This document shows, piece after piece, positions 8,779 to 23,896 of a stretch of DNA of 64,000 bases. Both the position numbers and the translations under genes were made by a program. Every line of letters begins with the position of its first letter. The first letter of the stretch is position 1. The DNA is from Nitrospinales bacterium. GTDB taxonomy: Bacteria; Nitrospinota; Nitrospinia; Nitrospinales; VA-1. The notes below the pieces were generated by a model. It made no database searches. It saw nothing but the letters and a program-made list of their open reading frames with translations, and was not told the DNA's origin. The stretch lies in the NCBI GenBank assembly GCA_965223345.1, contig CBDCWG010000007.1, positions 93,426 through 157,425 of the forward strand, written 5' to 3'.

Positions 8779-9695
8779 TTCTCCAGCGACACTCTCGGAT
8801 CCAGCCAGACGTAGATCAGGTCCACGGCGATGTTGGCCAGCACGATGAGCACCGCGTACACCAGCGTCACCCCCATGATGAGCGGATAGTCGCGGTTGGT
8901 GACGGCGGTGATGAAAAAACTGCCCATGCCCGGAATCGAGAAGATGAACTCGATGACGAACGAGCCGGTGACCAGTCCCGCCAGCAGCGGCCCCAACACC
9001 GACACGATGGGATAGATGGAATTTTTCAGCGCGTGCTTCAACACCACGGCGGGCTCGGTGAGCCCCTTCGCGCGCGCGGTGCGGATGTAATCGGACGCCA
9101 TGACGTCGAGCACGGTGGAGCGGGTCAGGCGCGCGACGTAACCGGCGAAGCCCGCGCCCAAAGCGAGGGCGGGCAGCAGGACGTGGCGCGGCCCCTCCCA
9201 CAGCGCCGGCGGCAGCAGGTGCCATTTGTGGGCAAAGGCCCAGACCAGGACCGTCCCGAGAACGAAGCTGGGCACGGAGATGCCGAGCGTGGCGACGAAG
9301 ATGAAAAACCGGTCGATCATCGTGTTCTTCCAGTACGCCGAGGCGATGCCGGCGGGCACACCGATGCCGAGCACCACCATAAACGCGCACAGCCCGAGCG
9401 TGATCGAAACGGGAAAGGTGTCGGCGATGATGGTGCTGACGTCGCGGCCGAGGTATTTGTAGGACGGGCCGAGATCGCCCTGTATCAGTTGCTTGAGATA
9501 CAGCAGGTATTGCGTGAACACCGGCTTGTCGAGATGATACTTGGCTTCGATGTTGGCCTTGATTTCCGGCGGCAGCGTTTTTTCTTCGTCGAAAGGGCCG
9601 CCGGGAACCGTGTGCATGATGAAAAACGTGATCGTGGCGACGGTGAGGAGGACCGGGATGCCAAACAGAATCCGCTTGCCGAGATAGATCCACAT
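8775..9695 (-). CDS. ABC transporter permease, DppB/OppB family
   Basis: 306 aa, six-TM BPD-transport permease (IYVWLDPRV tail). Confidence 0.85.
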   Translation of the reverse strand: MWIYLGKRILFGIPVLLTVATITFFIMHTVPGGPFDEEKTLPPEIKANIEAKYHLDKPVFTQYLLYLKQLIQGDLGPSYKYLGRDVSTIIADTFPVSITLGLCAFMVVLGIGVPAGIASAYWKNTMIDRFFIFVATLGISVPSFVLGTVLVWAFAHKWHLLPPALWEGPRHVLLPALALGAGFAGYVARLTRSTVLDVMASDYIRTARAKGLTEPAVVLKHALKNSIYPIVSVLGPLLAGLVTGSFVIEFIFSIPGMGSFFITAVTNRDYPLIMGVTLVYAVLIVLANIAVDLIYVWLDPRVSLEK

Positions 9696-9768
9696 TCGGC
9701 TATCCTAACACAGTGAAATCACAGGCGGCAATCGTCGCTGACCGTTTGCCCGCTGGAGATTCCCGGCC

Positions 9769-9798
9769 TTGTGGGGGCAAACGGCGGTGCGCTATAAT
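9769..9798 (+). promoter_or_regulatory. candidate sigma70 promoter (TTGTGG-N18-TATAAT) upstream of the UbiD-family gene
   Basis: Perfect TATAAT at 9793-9798. It lies in the divergent intergenic region. Confidence 0.35.
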
Positions 9799-9864
9799 GA
9801 CTGCCTTTGAAAACGACCCGAGATTCCGTCTTCCCATCAACCCTGGCCGCGCCCGATCGATCCC

Positions 9865-11703
9865 ATGAACGACCCGTCTCTGCGTGAATTCATCGCCCGT
9901 CTCGAACGGGAGGGGGAGCTGATCCGCATCGCGAAAGCGGTTTCGCCGGTTCTGGAGATCGCCGAGATCACCGACCGGGTCTCGAAACAACCGGGCGGCG
10001 GCAAGGCGTTGCTGTTCGAAAACGTCGAAGGCAGCGACATCCCGGTGCTGATCAACGCGTTCGGCAGCACCCGGCGCATGCAGCTGGCGCTGGGGGTCGA
10101 GGACATCGAGGCGATCCCCAAAGACATCGAGCGCTACATCAAGCTCGCGCCGCCGGCGACGCTGCTGGACAAGGTGAAGCTGCTGCCGATGCTGTTCGAG
10201 GCGGCGCACTTCCCGCCCAAGACGGTGCGCGGCGGGGCCGCCTGCCAGGAGGTGGTGCACACGGGCGACGCTGTCGATCTCGGCATGCTGCCGATCCTGC
10301 AATGCTGGCCGAAAGATGCGGGCCGCTTCATCACCTTTCCCATCGTCATCAACAGCAGCGTGGACGGCCGCATTCGCAACGTGGGGCTCTACCGCATGCA
10401 GGTGTTCGACAAGCGCACGACCGCCATGCACTGGCACATCCACAAGGACGGCGCGCATTTTTTCCACGAATTCAAAAAGCAGGGCAAGAAGATGGAGGTG
10501 GCGGTGGCGATCGGCGCGGATCCGGCGAGCTGCTACGCGGCCTCGGCCCCCCTGCCCTACAGCATCGACGAATTCCTGCTGGCGGGCTTCATCCGCAAGG
10601 CGGCGGTGCCGCTGGTGTCCTGCAAAACGGTGGACCTGAAAGTGCCGGCGAACGCGGAGATCGTGCTGGAGGGCGTCATCGATCCGGAAAACCTGCGCGT
10701 CGAGGGGCCGTTCGGCGATCACACAGGCTATTACTCGCAGGACGGCGACTACCCGGTGTTTGAGGTGCAGGCGATCACGCACCGCAAAAACCCGGTCTAC
10801 CTCACCACCATCGTCGGCATCCCGCCGCAGGAGGACTACTACCTGGGCAAGGCGACGGAGCGCATCTTTCTGCCGCTTCTGCGCACGCAGCTTCCGGAGA
10901 TCGTGGACATGAACATGCCGCTGGAAGGCGTGTTCCACAATTCGGTGATCGTCTCTGTGGACAAACGCTTTCCCATGCAGGCGCGGCGGCTGATGAGCGC
11001 GCTGTGGGGGCTCGGGCAGATGAGCTTCGTGAAAACCATCGTGGTGGTGGATGCGGACATCGACGTGCAGGACCTGGATGCGGTGGCGCGGCGATTGCTC
11101 AACGATACGGATTTCGCGCACGATCTGTTTTTCTCGGAAGGCATCCTCGATGTGTTGAACCATGCGTCCGATCGGGCGCTTTACGGTTCCAAGCTCGGCA
11201 TCGACGCGACGCAGAAGATCCTGGGCGAGCCGGGATACCTCGCGAAATCCCCGGCCCGGCCGGAGGCCTCGCCGCCTGCGGCGGAGTCGATCGCGCAGAC
11301 GTTCGAGGCGGTGAAGGATGGCGCGTTTCTCGAAATGGACACGGCGCGGCCGGTGCTCTTCATAGCGTTCGATAAAACCCGCCCGCACCAGGGCAAGGAG
11401 TTCATCGAAACGTTTTTTGAGGACGCGCGGTTTACCGCCGTCTGTGTGCTGATCGTTCTGGAAGCGCACGTGGACGTGCGCGATCTTTCTGCTATCATGT
11501 GGAAATTTTTCAACAACCTCGATCCGAAACGGGATTTTCATTTTGTTGGCGACAAACTGGGGATCGACGTGACGCGAAAGAGTGAGGCGGAAGGTTATTT
11601 CCAGAACTGGCCGGACGAGATCGTCATGGACGCCGACGTCATCGCAGCGGTGCGCCGGGACTGGGACGAGCTTTTTCCCAACAAAACAATGCCCTATGAC
11701 TGA
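9865..11703 (+). CDS. UbiD family (prFMN-dependent) decarboxylase with extended C-terminus
   Basis: UbiD-type core ([22 protein letters not shown]). 612 aa, versus about 490 aa for E. coli UbiD. Confidence 0.85.
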   Translation: MNDPSLREFIARLEREGELIRIAKAVSPVLEIAEITDRVSKQPGGGKALLFENVEGSDIPVLINAFGSTRRMQLALGVEDIEAIPKDIERYIKLAPPATLLDKVKLLPMLFEAAHFPPKTVRGGAACQEVVHTGDAVDLGMLPILQCWPKDAGRFITFPIVINSSVDGRIRNVGLYRMQVFDKRTTAMHWHIHKDGAHFFHEFKKQGKKMEVAVAIGADPASCYAASAPLPYSIDEFLLAGFIRKAAVPLVSCKTVDLKVPANAEIVLEGVIDPENLRVEGPFGDHTGYYSQDGDYPVFEVQAITHRKNPVYLTTIVGIPPQEDYYLGKATERIFLPLLRTQLPEIVDMNMPLEGVFHNSVIVSVDKRFPMQARRLMSALWGLGQMSFVKTIVVVDADIDVQDLDAVARRLLNDTDFAHDLFFSEGILDVLNHASDRALYGSKLGIDATQKILGEPGYLAKSPARPEASPPAAESIAQTFEAVKDGAFLEMDTARPVLFIAFDKTRPHQGKEFIETFFEDARFTAVCVLIVLEAHVDVRDLSAIMWKFFNNLDPKRDFHFVGDKLGIDVTRKSEAEGYFQNWPDEIVMDADVIAAVRRDWDELFPNKTMPYD

Positions 11704-11735
11704 CCCTTTCACTTCCCTCTTTTCATAAAACTTCC

Positions 11736-14570
<2,835 letters not shown>

Positions 14571-14595
14571 AAAAATATAAATATTCCAAGTAATA

Positions 14596-15789
14596 TTAGT
14601 CACCCTCTGGATCAACAAAGGGTTTCAGTTTTCTGTTAACAAAATGACTAGGCCGCCAACCGCCGAATATTTTTTCAATTAAAAATGTGTTACATGCGGA
14701 TACACCAGTACCAATAATCGGGTCAGCCATTCCTGCTCCCCGGCTAAGAAGGTACCGCAAACCTTTTGCTGGAATTTTGCTAATCCACCCTTTATTCGCC
14801 ATTTCATTCATATACTGGCGCACAAAGTTTTCATCAGGATTTATTCCTACGATCCATTCTTTAAATTTATCGGCCTCATCCAAAAGAATTAAAAATTCAT
14901 CAAATGATCTTTCCCCACTATTAATCACTTCCCGTATAGCTCTACCATTATTAAGAACAATTTCTTGAAACTGATCTTTTTCAGAAATTTCTAAACCAAT
15001 CCTGCGCATTAACTCTATATTGCGAATGCGAATAATATCCGAACAAACATCTGAGGTATAGTACTCACCTCCATAATGAGCTGCTAGCATTAACTCACTT
15101 TTCGCAGTAAGAATGTTTCCTATCAGTTGCGCTTCTGTCACATCCTCCGAAGAGGGTTTGTTTGATCGATATAACCTGTTCAACTCTTCGAAATTAAGAT
15201 TCGTGTTAATGTGAAATGATGGTCGATTTAATTCAACCCTGAAAAAAAAATCACTAGGCAGCGGAATTCCTGGAAGCATTTTTGAAATTACACATCGAAT
15301 TGCTTCATCAATGAAACCCTCATCTTCTAGATCATCTAAAGCAGCTTGTATAAGACCTCCTTTTGTGAAGTAATTACTATTTAACTTTTTGGTCGGAACT
15401 TCATTGGAGAATCTTTCAGTCAACTTTTTTGCTTCCCTTTTTTTGTATCCTCTTCGTTGCAGAATATCCCGCAACCTTTTTTTACGTGAAGGTAGTTCAC
15501 CAGATTCTTTGCTACCAGCATACGTAACCGATACAAATGAATGAATCCGCCGTCCAGCCTTTGTCTCTGATTTAGTACCAAGTTGATCCTCACAATAGAC
15601 GGCCGAAAAATTTGTTTTTTTTAATAATTTAAGTATGGTTTTAAAACCAATTGTAGAATCAAGTCCGACTAAGCTGCCGTGGCCCAAAACTAAATGAACG
15701 TTTTGGTAGTAAAATAGGGCTTCCGCGAGCTCACCTGCTGTAATTGCAGCCCCTCCCTCAGAACGACGAAGAATTACTTTTTCAAACAT
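14596..15789 (-). CDS. hypothetical 397-aa protein encoded in a very AT-rich single-gene islet
   Basis: Long clean ORF in a segment with roughly 35-40% GC, against about 63% in the flanks. No domain recognised. Confidence 0.6.
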   Translation of the reverse strand: MFEKVILRRSEGGAAITAGELAEALFYYQNVHLVLGHGSLVGLDSTIGFKTILKLLKKTNFSAVYCEDQLGTKSETKAGRRIHSFVSVTYAGSKESGELPSRKKRLRDILQRRGYKKREAKKLTERFSNEVPTKKLNSNYFTKGGLIQAALDDLEDEGFIDEAIRCVISKMLPGIPLPSDFFFRVELNRPSFHINTNLNFEELNRLYRSNKPSSEDVTEAQLIGNILTAKSELMLAAHYGGEYYTSDVCSDIIRIRNIELMRRIGLEISEKDQFQEIVLNNGRAIREVINSGERSFDEFLILLDEADKFKEWIVGINPDENFVRQYMNEMANKGWISKIPAKGLRYLLSRGAGMADPIIGTGVSACNTFLIEKIFGGWRPSHFVNRKLKPFVDPEGD

Positions 15790-15938
15790 TTACCCTTATC
15801 ATTCAATTATTTATATGGAAGGATCTGAAGGTATTTAGAGATCGCACACTGGTTTCAAAAAGCGCTGATCTGATTGATTATATAGCCTATTTAAACTCGA
15901 ACGAAAATTATCGAGTCTAATTTGTTGGATGCAGGGTT

Positions 15939-15958
15939 TAAAAAGTACGAGGGTGTAC
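15939..15958 (-). terminator. weak intrinsic terminator after atpC
   Basis: Minus-strand AGTAC-ACCCTC-GTACT hairpin followed by TTTTTAAA. The 5-bp stem makes it weak. Confidence 0.25.
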
Positions 15959-16368
15959 TAATTCTCTTCGGTGTGTTCGAGGCGGGCGATGGCGCGGAAG
16001 AGCTTGAGCTGGGTTTCCTCGAATTCCTTTTCGCTGAGATCGGCGCGGCCCAGGATCTCTTCGGCCTTGGCTTTGGCGGCTTCGGCGCGGGCGCGATCGA
16101 CTTCGTGCAGGAATTCGGCGGTTTCGGCGAGGACGGTGACGCGGTTTTCGGTCACTTCGAGGTAACCGCCGCTGACGACGAGGCCGGTGGTCTTGCCATC
16201 GACTTCATAGGACAGCGGGCCGGGCCGGAGGTTGGTGATGAGCGCGGCGTGGTCGTACAGGATGCCGAGGTCGCCCTCGATGCCGGGGGCATTGACCTGA
16301 TCGACGAATTGCTCGACGACGTTTTTCTCGGGGGTGACGAGGTGCAGCAGCAGTTTGTTTTCGGCCAT
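15958..16368 (-). CDS. atpC: F1 ATP synthase epsilon subunit
   Basis: MAENKLLLHLVTPEKNV... Confidence 0.85.
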   Translation of the reverse strand: MAENKLLLHLVTPEKNVVEQFVDQVNAPGIEGDLGILYDHAALITNLRPGPLSYEVDGKTTGLVVSGGYLEVTENRVTVLAETAEFLHEVDRARAEAAKAKAEEILGRADLSEKEFEETQLKLFRAIARLEHTEEN

Positions 16369-16500
16369 GGTTGCGTGTTTTTCTCGGTCGTGTTGAATCT
16401 TATCTGTGACGGTCACCCTTCGCCAGGCTCAAGGTGACGACGATCCACGGGTCTGGACGCCGGGTCGGCGGCTCGGCGGCCACTCGGTGTCCAGGCTTTC

Positions 16501-18844
<2,344 letters not shown>

Positions 18845-18901
18845 GCTTTACGAATGGTCTCCATTAAAACGGTGAGCCCTGCGGTTTCTCTCCCGCAGCG
18901 A

Positions 18902-20404
18902 TCAGAACAATCCTTTGTACTCCTGGACGGCCGCTTTCAATTTGTTTTCGATGTCGTCGTTGAGCTTCTTTTCCTTGGCGATCGCATCGACGATGTCTTT
19001 GTGCTTCTCCTCGACGAACGCGAGGAAACCGGTCTCGAACCGTCTCACATCGGCCACGGCGATGTCGTCCAGAAGCCCGCGCACGCCGGCGAAGATGGAG
19101 ATGATCTGCTGCACGACCGAAAGCGGCTTGTACTGATCCTGCTTGAGGATCTCGACCAGCCGTTCCCCCCTCGAAAGCTGGGCCTGCGTCGCGGCGTCCA
19201 GGTCACTGCCGAACTGCGCGAAGGCGGCCATCTCGCGGTACTGCGCCAGATCCAGCCTGAGCTGGCCGGCCACCTGCTTCATGCCTTTGATCTGCGCGGC
19301 GCCGCCGACACGGGAAACGGAAAGTCCGACGTTGATGGCGGGACGCACGCCGGAGTAGAACAGGTCGGTCTCCAGGTAGATCTGCCCGTCGGTGATGGAA
19401 ATGACGTTGGTCGGGATGTAGGCGGACACGTCGCCGGCCTGGGTTTCGATGATCGGCAGCGCGGTCATGGAACCGGCGCCCAGCTCGTCGCTCACTTTCG
19501 CGGCGCGCTCCAGGAGGCGCGAATGCAGGAAGAACACGTCTCCGGGATACGCTTCGCGTCCGGGCGGCCTTCTCAGCAGGAGCGACAACTGCCGGTAAGC
19601 GGCGGCCTGTTTGGAAAGATCGTCGTAAACGATGAGGCAGTGCTGGCCGTTGTCGCGGAAGTATTCTCCCATGGCGCAGCCGGCGTAAGGCGCGATGAAC
19701 TGCATGGGCGCGGGCTCACTGGCGGAGGCGGAAACGACGATGGTGTATTCCATCGCGCCGTGCTCTTCCAGGGATTTCACCACGCGGGCGACGGTGGAGC
19801 GTTTCTGCCCGACCGCCACGTAGATGCAGAACATGTTCTGCCCTTTCTGGTTGATGATGGTGTCGATGGCGACGGCGGTCTTGCCGGTCTGCCGGTCGCC
19901 GATGATGAGTTCGCGCTGACCGCGGCCGATGGGAATCATGCCGTCGATGGCCTTGATGCCGGTCTGCATCGGCTCGTGCACGGATTTGCGGTCGATCACG
20001 CCGGGGGCGATGCGCTCGATGGGGCCGAACTTCTTGGTCGCGATGGGGCCGCGTCCGTCGATGGGTTCTCCCAGCGAGTTGACGACCCGGCCCACCAGTT
20101 CGGGGCCGACCGGCACTTCCATGATGCGGCCGGTGCGTTTGACTTCATCGCCTTCCTTGATCTTGTCGTCGAAGCCGAGGAGGATGGCGCCGACGTTGTC
20201 TTCTTCGAGGTTGAGCACCATGCCCACCAGCCCGCCGGGAAATTCGAGGAGCTCTCCGGCCATGGCCTGATCGAGCCCGTAGATGCGGGCGATGCCGTCA
20301 CCCACCGAGATGACCCTTCCGGTTTCCTTGAGCTCGATCCCCTCTTCAAACCCCTTGATCCTCTTTTCGATCAGGGAACTAATTTCATCGGCTCGCAAGT
20401 TCAC
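18902..20404 (-). CDS. atpA: F1 ATP synthase alpha subunit
   Basis: 500 aa, Walker A GDRQTGKT. Confidence 0.95.
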   Translation of the reverse strand: MNLRADEISSLIEKRIKGFEEGIELKETGRVISVGDGIARIYGLDQAMAGELLEFPGGLVGMVLNLEEDNVGAILLGFDDKIKEGDEVKRTGRIMEVPVGPELVGRVVNSLGEPIDGRGPIATKKFGPIERIAPGVIDRKSVHEPMQTGIKAIDGMIPIGRGQRELIIGDRQTGKTAVAIDTIINQKGQNMFCIYVAVGQKRSTVARVVKSLEEHGAMEYTIVVSASASEPAPMQFIAPYAGCAMGEYFRDNGQHCLIVYDDLSKQAAAYRQLSLLLRRPPGREAYPGDVFFLHSRLLERAAKVSDELGAGSMTALPIIETQAGDVSAYIPTNVISITDGQIYLETDLFYSGVRPAINVGLSVSRVGGAAQIKGMKQVAGQLRLDLAQYREMAAFAQFGSDLDAATQAQLSRGERLVEILKQDQYKPLSVVQQIISIFAGVRGLLDDIAVADVRRFETGFLAFVEEKHKDIVDAIAKEKKLNDDIENKLKAAVQEYKGLF

Positions 20405-20956
20405 TTAAGCTACCTCCTCTTTTTCGATGATTTGTCGCAATTTTTGCAGGCGGTTGGCGATCGTCGCGTCGGCGACCTGATCCCCGACGCGCAGCCGGAC
20501 GCCGCCGATCAGCGTGGCGTCCTCATGGGTCTCGAGCAATACCGTTTTGCCGAAAATGCGTTCCAGCCCGGTGTTGAGCCGCTTGACGTTTTCCTGGGTC
20601 AGCGCCTGGGCGGAATCGACGGACACGCGGATCTGATTGAGCCTGGAATCCACCTTTTCCTGAAAGTATTCGGCGATCTTTCCCAGATAGAGCATCTTGT
20701 TGCGCTCGGACAGCATGAGCACCAGATTGCGCACACCGGGTTTCACACCCAGCTTGCTGCACAGATCCTTGGCCATCTCGGTCTTTCTTTCCGGCGGGAT
20801 CGAGGGATGCTCGAAAAACCGGGTCAACTGGTTCTGCGTGGTGAACGCGGCGTTCAGCTCGCGCAGGTTGTCGAGAGCCGGGCTGAGATCGGCGTTTTTT
20901 TCGATGCTGTCGGAAAGCGCTTCGGCGTAGCGTTTGCCTATCAGATTTTCGATCAT
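20405..20956 (-). CDS. atpH: F1 ATP synthase delta subunit (OSCP)
   Basis: 183 aa, delta-like. Lies between the b and alpha genes. Confidence 0.85.
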   Translation of the reverse strand: MIENLIGKRYAEALSDSIEKNADLSPALDNLRELNAAFTTQNQLTRFFEHPSIPPERKTEMAKDLCSKLGVKPGVRNLVLMLSERNKMLYLGKIAEYFQEKVDSRLNQIRVSVDSAQALTQENVKRLNTGLERIFGKTVLLETHEDATLIGGVRLRVGDQVADATIANRLQKLRQIIEKEEVA

Positions 20957-20970
20957 GGCGTTTTATGCGG

Positions 20971-21495
20971 TCAGGCTGAGGCCTGTTTCTGCTCCAGTTC
21001 TTTCAACACTTCCTCGATCGCTTCGTCGGCGAGGCGCTTGCGCTCCGCTTCGTCGAGGGCTTTTTTCAGGAATTTCTCTGTGGACGCGATGGTCAGAGCG
21101 GCGGTGTGGGCGCGGATCTCGCTCATCAGCTTGTTGCGCGTGCGCTCCATCTCCCGCTCGACATCGGTCTGCATCTGCCGGACTTTGGCCTGGGTTTCCT
21201 CCAGGGTTTTTTCCTGGATCTTCTTGGCTTCGCCGGTCGCCATCTGCACGATGGTGCTGGCTTTGTTGTGGGCTTCCTTGAGCTCGTGCTCCAGGTCGGA
21301 CTTGATGACTTTCGCTTCGCCCTTCAGCTTTTCCGCTTCTTCAATGTCGCTGCGTATCTTTTTCTGGCGCGACTCCAGCACTTCCAGAATCGGCGGGAAG
21401 GCGAATTTTTTCAGCAGCAAAAACAAAAGCAGAAAAGAAACGACCGACCAGAATATGACAGAGCTGAAGACTTCTACTTGCTCGAATTGTGGCAT
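20971..21495 (-). CDS. atpF: Fo ATP synthase subunit b
   Basis: N-terminal TM helix followed by a long charged helix. Confidence 0.85.
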   Translation of the reverse strand: MPQFEQVEVFSSVIFWSVVSFLLLFLLLKKFAFPPILEVLESRQKKIRSDIEEAEKLKGEAKVIKSDLEHELKEAHNKASTIVQMATGEAKKIQEKTLEETQAKVRQMQTDVEREMERTRNKLMSEIRAHTAALTIASTEKFLKKALDEAERKRLADEAIEEVLKELEQKQASA

Positions 21496-21625
21496 CGCAC
21501 ACTCTTTTAAGGATTGGTTTCAACAGTGGGGACGGTGTTCGATCGCACCGTCACCTATTTTTGCATCCCACAGGCATCGCGCCCCCCCCCCCAACGAAAT
21601 CGTCGAGGCGCGGGCGGGAGCGAAT

Positions 21626-21856
21626 TCAGCCCACTTTCCCCATGATGATGAAGGCCAGTACGAGCGCGTACAGGGCGATCGCCTCGACCAGGGCGAACCC
21701 GATCCAGCAGTATTTGGCAACCCGTCCTTCTGCGTTGGGCTGGCGGCCGACCGTCTCGATGGTCTTGGAGAAGATATACGCGATCCCGAGAGCGGCTCCG
21801 AAAAAACCCGCCGCACACAATCCCATGCCAATCATTGCTGCTGCTTCTAAACCCAT
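21626..21856 (-). CDS. atpE: Fo ATP synthase subunit c
   Basis: 76-aa two-helix proteolipid with the conserved acidic Glu (VEAIALYALV). Confidence 0.9.
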   Translation of the reverse strand: MGLEAAAMIGMGLCAAGFFGAALGIAYIFSKTIETVGRQPNAEGRVAKYCWIGFALVEAIALYALVLAFIIMGKVG

Positions 21857-21882
21857 GCTCGATCTCCTTTATTTTCGGATCA

Positions 21883-22620
21883 TTAATGAAGTTTGATCAC
21901 ATCCCCGATGTAAACGCAGGTCAGGATGGTGAATATATATGCTTGAATAAACGCAATGGCGATTTCCAATCCGTTGATGACGATGGTGAACCCGAAGGGC
22001 ATCCAGCCGATCCACAAGGGAGCCGAAACGGCCAGGCCGAACAGAACGGCGAGCACGGTGTGCCCCGCGGTCATGTTGGCGAACAGACGCACGGCGAGAG
22101 AAACCGGCCGGGCGAGCATGCTGATCAGTTCGATGGGGATCATGAACGGGATCATGATCTTCGGCACGCCGGGCGGCACGAGAATGGAAAAGAAGTGCAG
22201 CCCGTGCTTCATGAACCCGATCACCAGGGTCATGAGGAAAATCAATATGGCAAACGCTCCGGTGACGGCGAGCTGGCTGGTGATGGTGTAGGAGCCGGGG
22301 ATCATGCCGGCGAGATTGCAGGTGAGGATGAACACGAACAGCGAGGCCACGAAGGTAAGGTATTTTTTCCCTTCTTCCTTGCCGATGAACTCCTCGACCA
22401 TGTCCTGGATGAATTCGATGCAGAGCTCGAAAACACTCTGCAGCTTGCCAGGAACGAGGCTCATGCCGCGGTTGACCACCAGCATGAACAGGACGACCAC
22501 AACGGCCAGTCCGGCCCACATGACGAGAACCGCTTTGTTGATGGAAATATCGATTCCAAAAAACTGGAGGGGGATGATGGGGTGCAACTCAAAATGATGC
22601 AGGGGACTTTCTATCTTCAA
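21883..22620 (-). CDS. atpB: Fo ATP synthase subunit a
   Basis: 245 aa. Conserved Arg in the VRLFANMTAGH helix. Confidence 0.9.
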   Translation of the reverse strand: MKIESPLHHFELHPIIPLQFFGIDISINKAVLVMWAGLAVVVVLFMLVVNRGMSLVPGKLQSVFELCIEFIQDMVEEFIGKEEGKKYLTFVASLFVFILTCNLAGMIPGSYTITSQLAVTGAFAILIFLMTLVIGFMKHGLHFFSILVPPGVPKIMIPFMIPIELISMLARPVSLAVRLFANMTAGHTVLAVLFGLAVSAPLWIGWMPFGFTIVINGLEIAIAFIQAYIFTILTCVYIGDVIKLH

Positions 22621-22826
22621 TTCCGCTTGTCTCCGTTGTCGTCTTCTTCGTTCGCTTCTTCTTCGCGGGCCATCTCCATGGCCGCACGGTACACATTCAA
22701 CACACCCGCGGCGCCGCCGAAAATCACACCCACCGCAAGCCCCCAGGGTCCGGTACCGAAGTAGTGATCTACCGCGTACCCCATGACGGCGCCCAGGAAG
22801 GTGGCTACGGTCATCTCTGTCACCAT
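22617..22826 (-). CDS. AtpZ/AtpI-like small membrane protein at the head of the atp operon
   Basis: MVTEMTVATFLGAVMGYAVDHYFGTGPWGLAVGVIFGGAAGV... Two TM helices. The track ORF starts further upstream on a TTG codon that lies inside a tandem repeat. Confidence 0.5.
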   Translation of the reverse strand: MVTEMTVATFLGAVMGYAVDHYFGTGPWGLAVGVIFGGAAGVLNVYRAAMEMAREEEANEEDDNGDKRN

Positions 22827-22856
22827 CCTGGTTGCGTATCCGAACCCGTGGCGGAA

Positions 22857-22890
22857 ACCGTTGCCTTTGCTCAACCGTTGCCTTTGCTTT
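22857..22890. repeat. 17-bp tandem direct repeat x2 (AACCGTTGCCTTTGCTC/T)
   Basis: Two adjacent copies, 16 of 17 bases identical, at the 5' end of the atp operon. Confidence 0.5.
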
Positions 22891-22934
22891 TAAAATGTCT
22901 GGGGAAAACCAACCAATCTGGAAACGGGGCCTAC

Positions 22935-22964
22935 ATCATACAACAACCTGTTTTATTTGTGCAA
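22935..22964 (-). promoter_or_regulatory. candidate atp operon promoter (TTGCAC-N18-TATGAT)
   Basis: Minus-strand reading TTGCACaaataaaacaggttgttgTATGAT. About 60 nt upstream of the repeat and the atpZ ORF. Confidence 0.3.
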
Positions 22965-23164
22965 GTATTGTTGTCCACTATTGCGATTCTAAATGGAAGG
23001 TTCCACCCGGCGCCGGCGCGCAGAGACATCCCGCAGACAGGCCGAAACCCATCCTCAGGTTAAAAATCCAGCTTGACCGTAAAAGGGGGAAGCCTTTTTT
23101 GTGAAACAGGCGGGGCCAGAACCGTTTTGGCTGGACAGAATGAACAACCGGCCGTGGAAACGAT

Positions 23165-23491
23165 TTAATAAGGAAGGGTTCCGTTCTCCTCCTCGTATTC
23201 TTTCAGGGGAATCATGTCGATGGCATCCCAGGGACAGCCTTCCAGCAGCGTGTCCATGGGTCCCTTGGTGATGCATTTCTTGCAGCCGATGCAAAGAAGC
23301 GGATCCACGTAAACCCGGTTGAAAAAAGGGGCGTCCGGGTTTTCCACTTCGAACATGCAGTCCTCCACCGGGCATTCGGTGATGCAGATGGGAGAACCGC
23401 CGCAACCCGTGCAGGCGTCGTTGATGACCGCCAGAATCTTGGGTTTTCGCTTGCGTTTGACAGACCGTTTTTCTTTTTCCTTAACTGCCAT
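23165..23491 (-). CDS. 2x[4Fe-4S] ferredoxin-like protein with Lys-rich N-terminus
   Basis: CTGCGGSPIC...C and CIGCKKCITKGP...C cluster motifs. Confidence 0.7.
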   Translation of the reverse strand: MAVKEKEKRSVKRKRKPKILAVINDACTGCGGSPICITECPVEDCMFEVENPDAPFFNRVYVDPLLCIGCKKCITKGPMDTLLEGCPWDAIDMIPLKEYEEENGTLPY

Positions 23492-23754
23492 TCTTCTCTA
23501 TCCTCTGTGACGATTGATCGCAAGAATGATCGTATTGCGTTGAATTCTCATTTTAGCAGATCGGCGAAAGATTAATACCAAAAACCCAATCCAATTGCAA
23601 CACTCGCCCCGCAAGGCGCGGCCCGGCGCGCATTTTCACCGCATCTGGCCGGGCATTTTGCGTGGTTGCGCTGGAAAACCGCGGTTTTCGGCGGCCAGGG
23701 TTTTTCATTTACAGGGTATCGCCTCTGTATTAATATACGGTGAGGATTCCGAGG

Positions 23755-23872
23755 CCGGATTCCCCTCTTAACTGCTTATGAAATAAGCGGTGCAGAGTTC
23801 TCAGGCAGGGGCGGCAGCCCCGTCGCCCATAATCCACCCGAATCGTTCCTGTCTCATCCCGAAGGGATCCGG
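23755..23872. ncRNA. candidate structured RNA element (holB leader or small RNA)
   Basis: CCGGATTCCC at the 5' end pairs with GGGATCCGG at the 3' end, enclosing about 100 nt. Inside are a GCTTA-tgaaa-TAAGC hairpin and a GGGGC-ggca-GCCCC hairpin. The region is non-coding on both strands. Confidence 0.2.
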
Positions 23873-23896
23873 AGGCAATGGATAACCATAAACGAC

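Noticed and set aside
7453-9693. 746-aa minus-strand ORF
   Set aside because: Its upstream two-thirds overlaps the dppB permease in another frame. Only the downstream about 441 aa, from the ATG at 8778, is the sulfite-oxidase-family gene.
9700-11712. 670-aa minus-strand ORF
   Set aside because: Antisense to the well-supported UbiD-family gene. Arg/His-rich artefact.
18854-21850. 998-aa plus-strand ORF
   Set aside because: Antisense to atpA, atpH and atpF. No domains.
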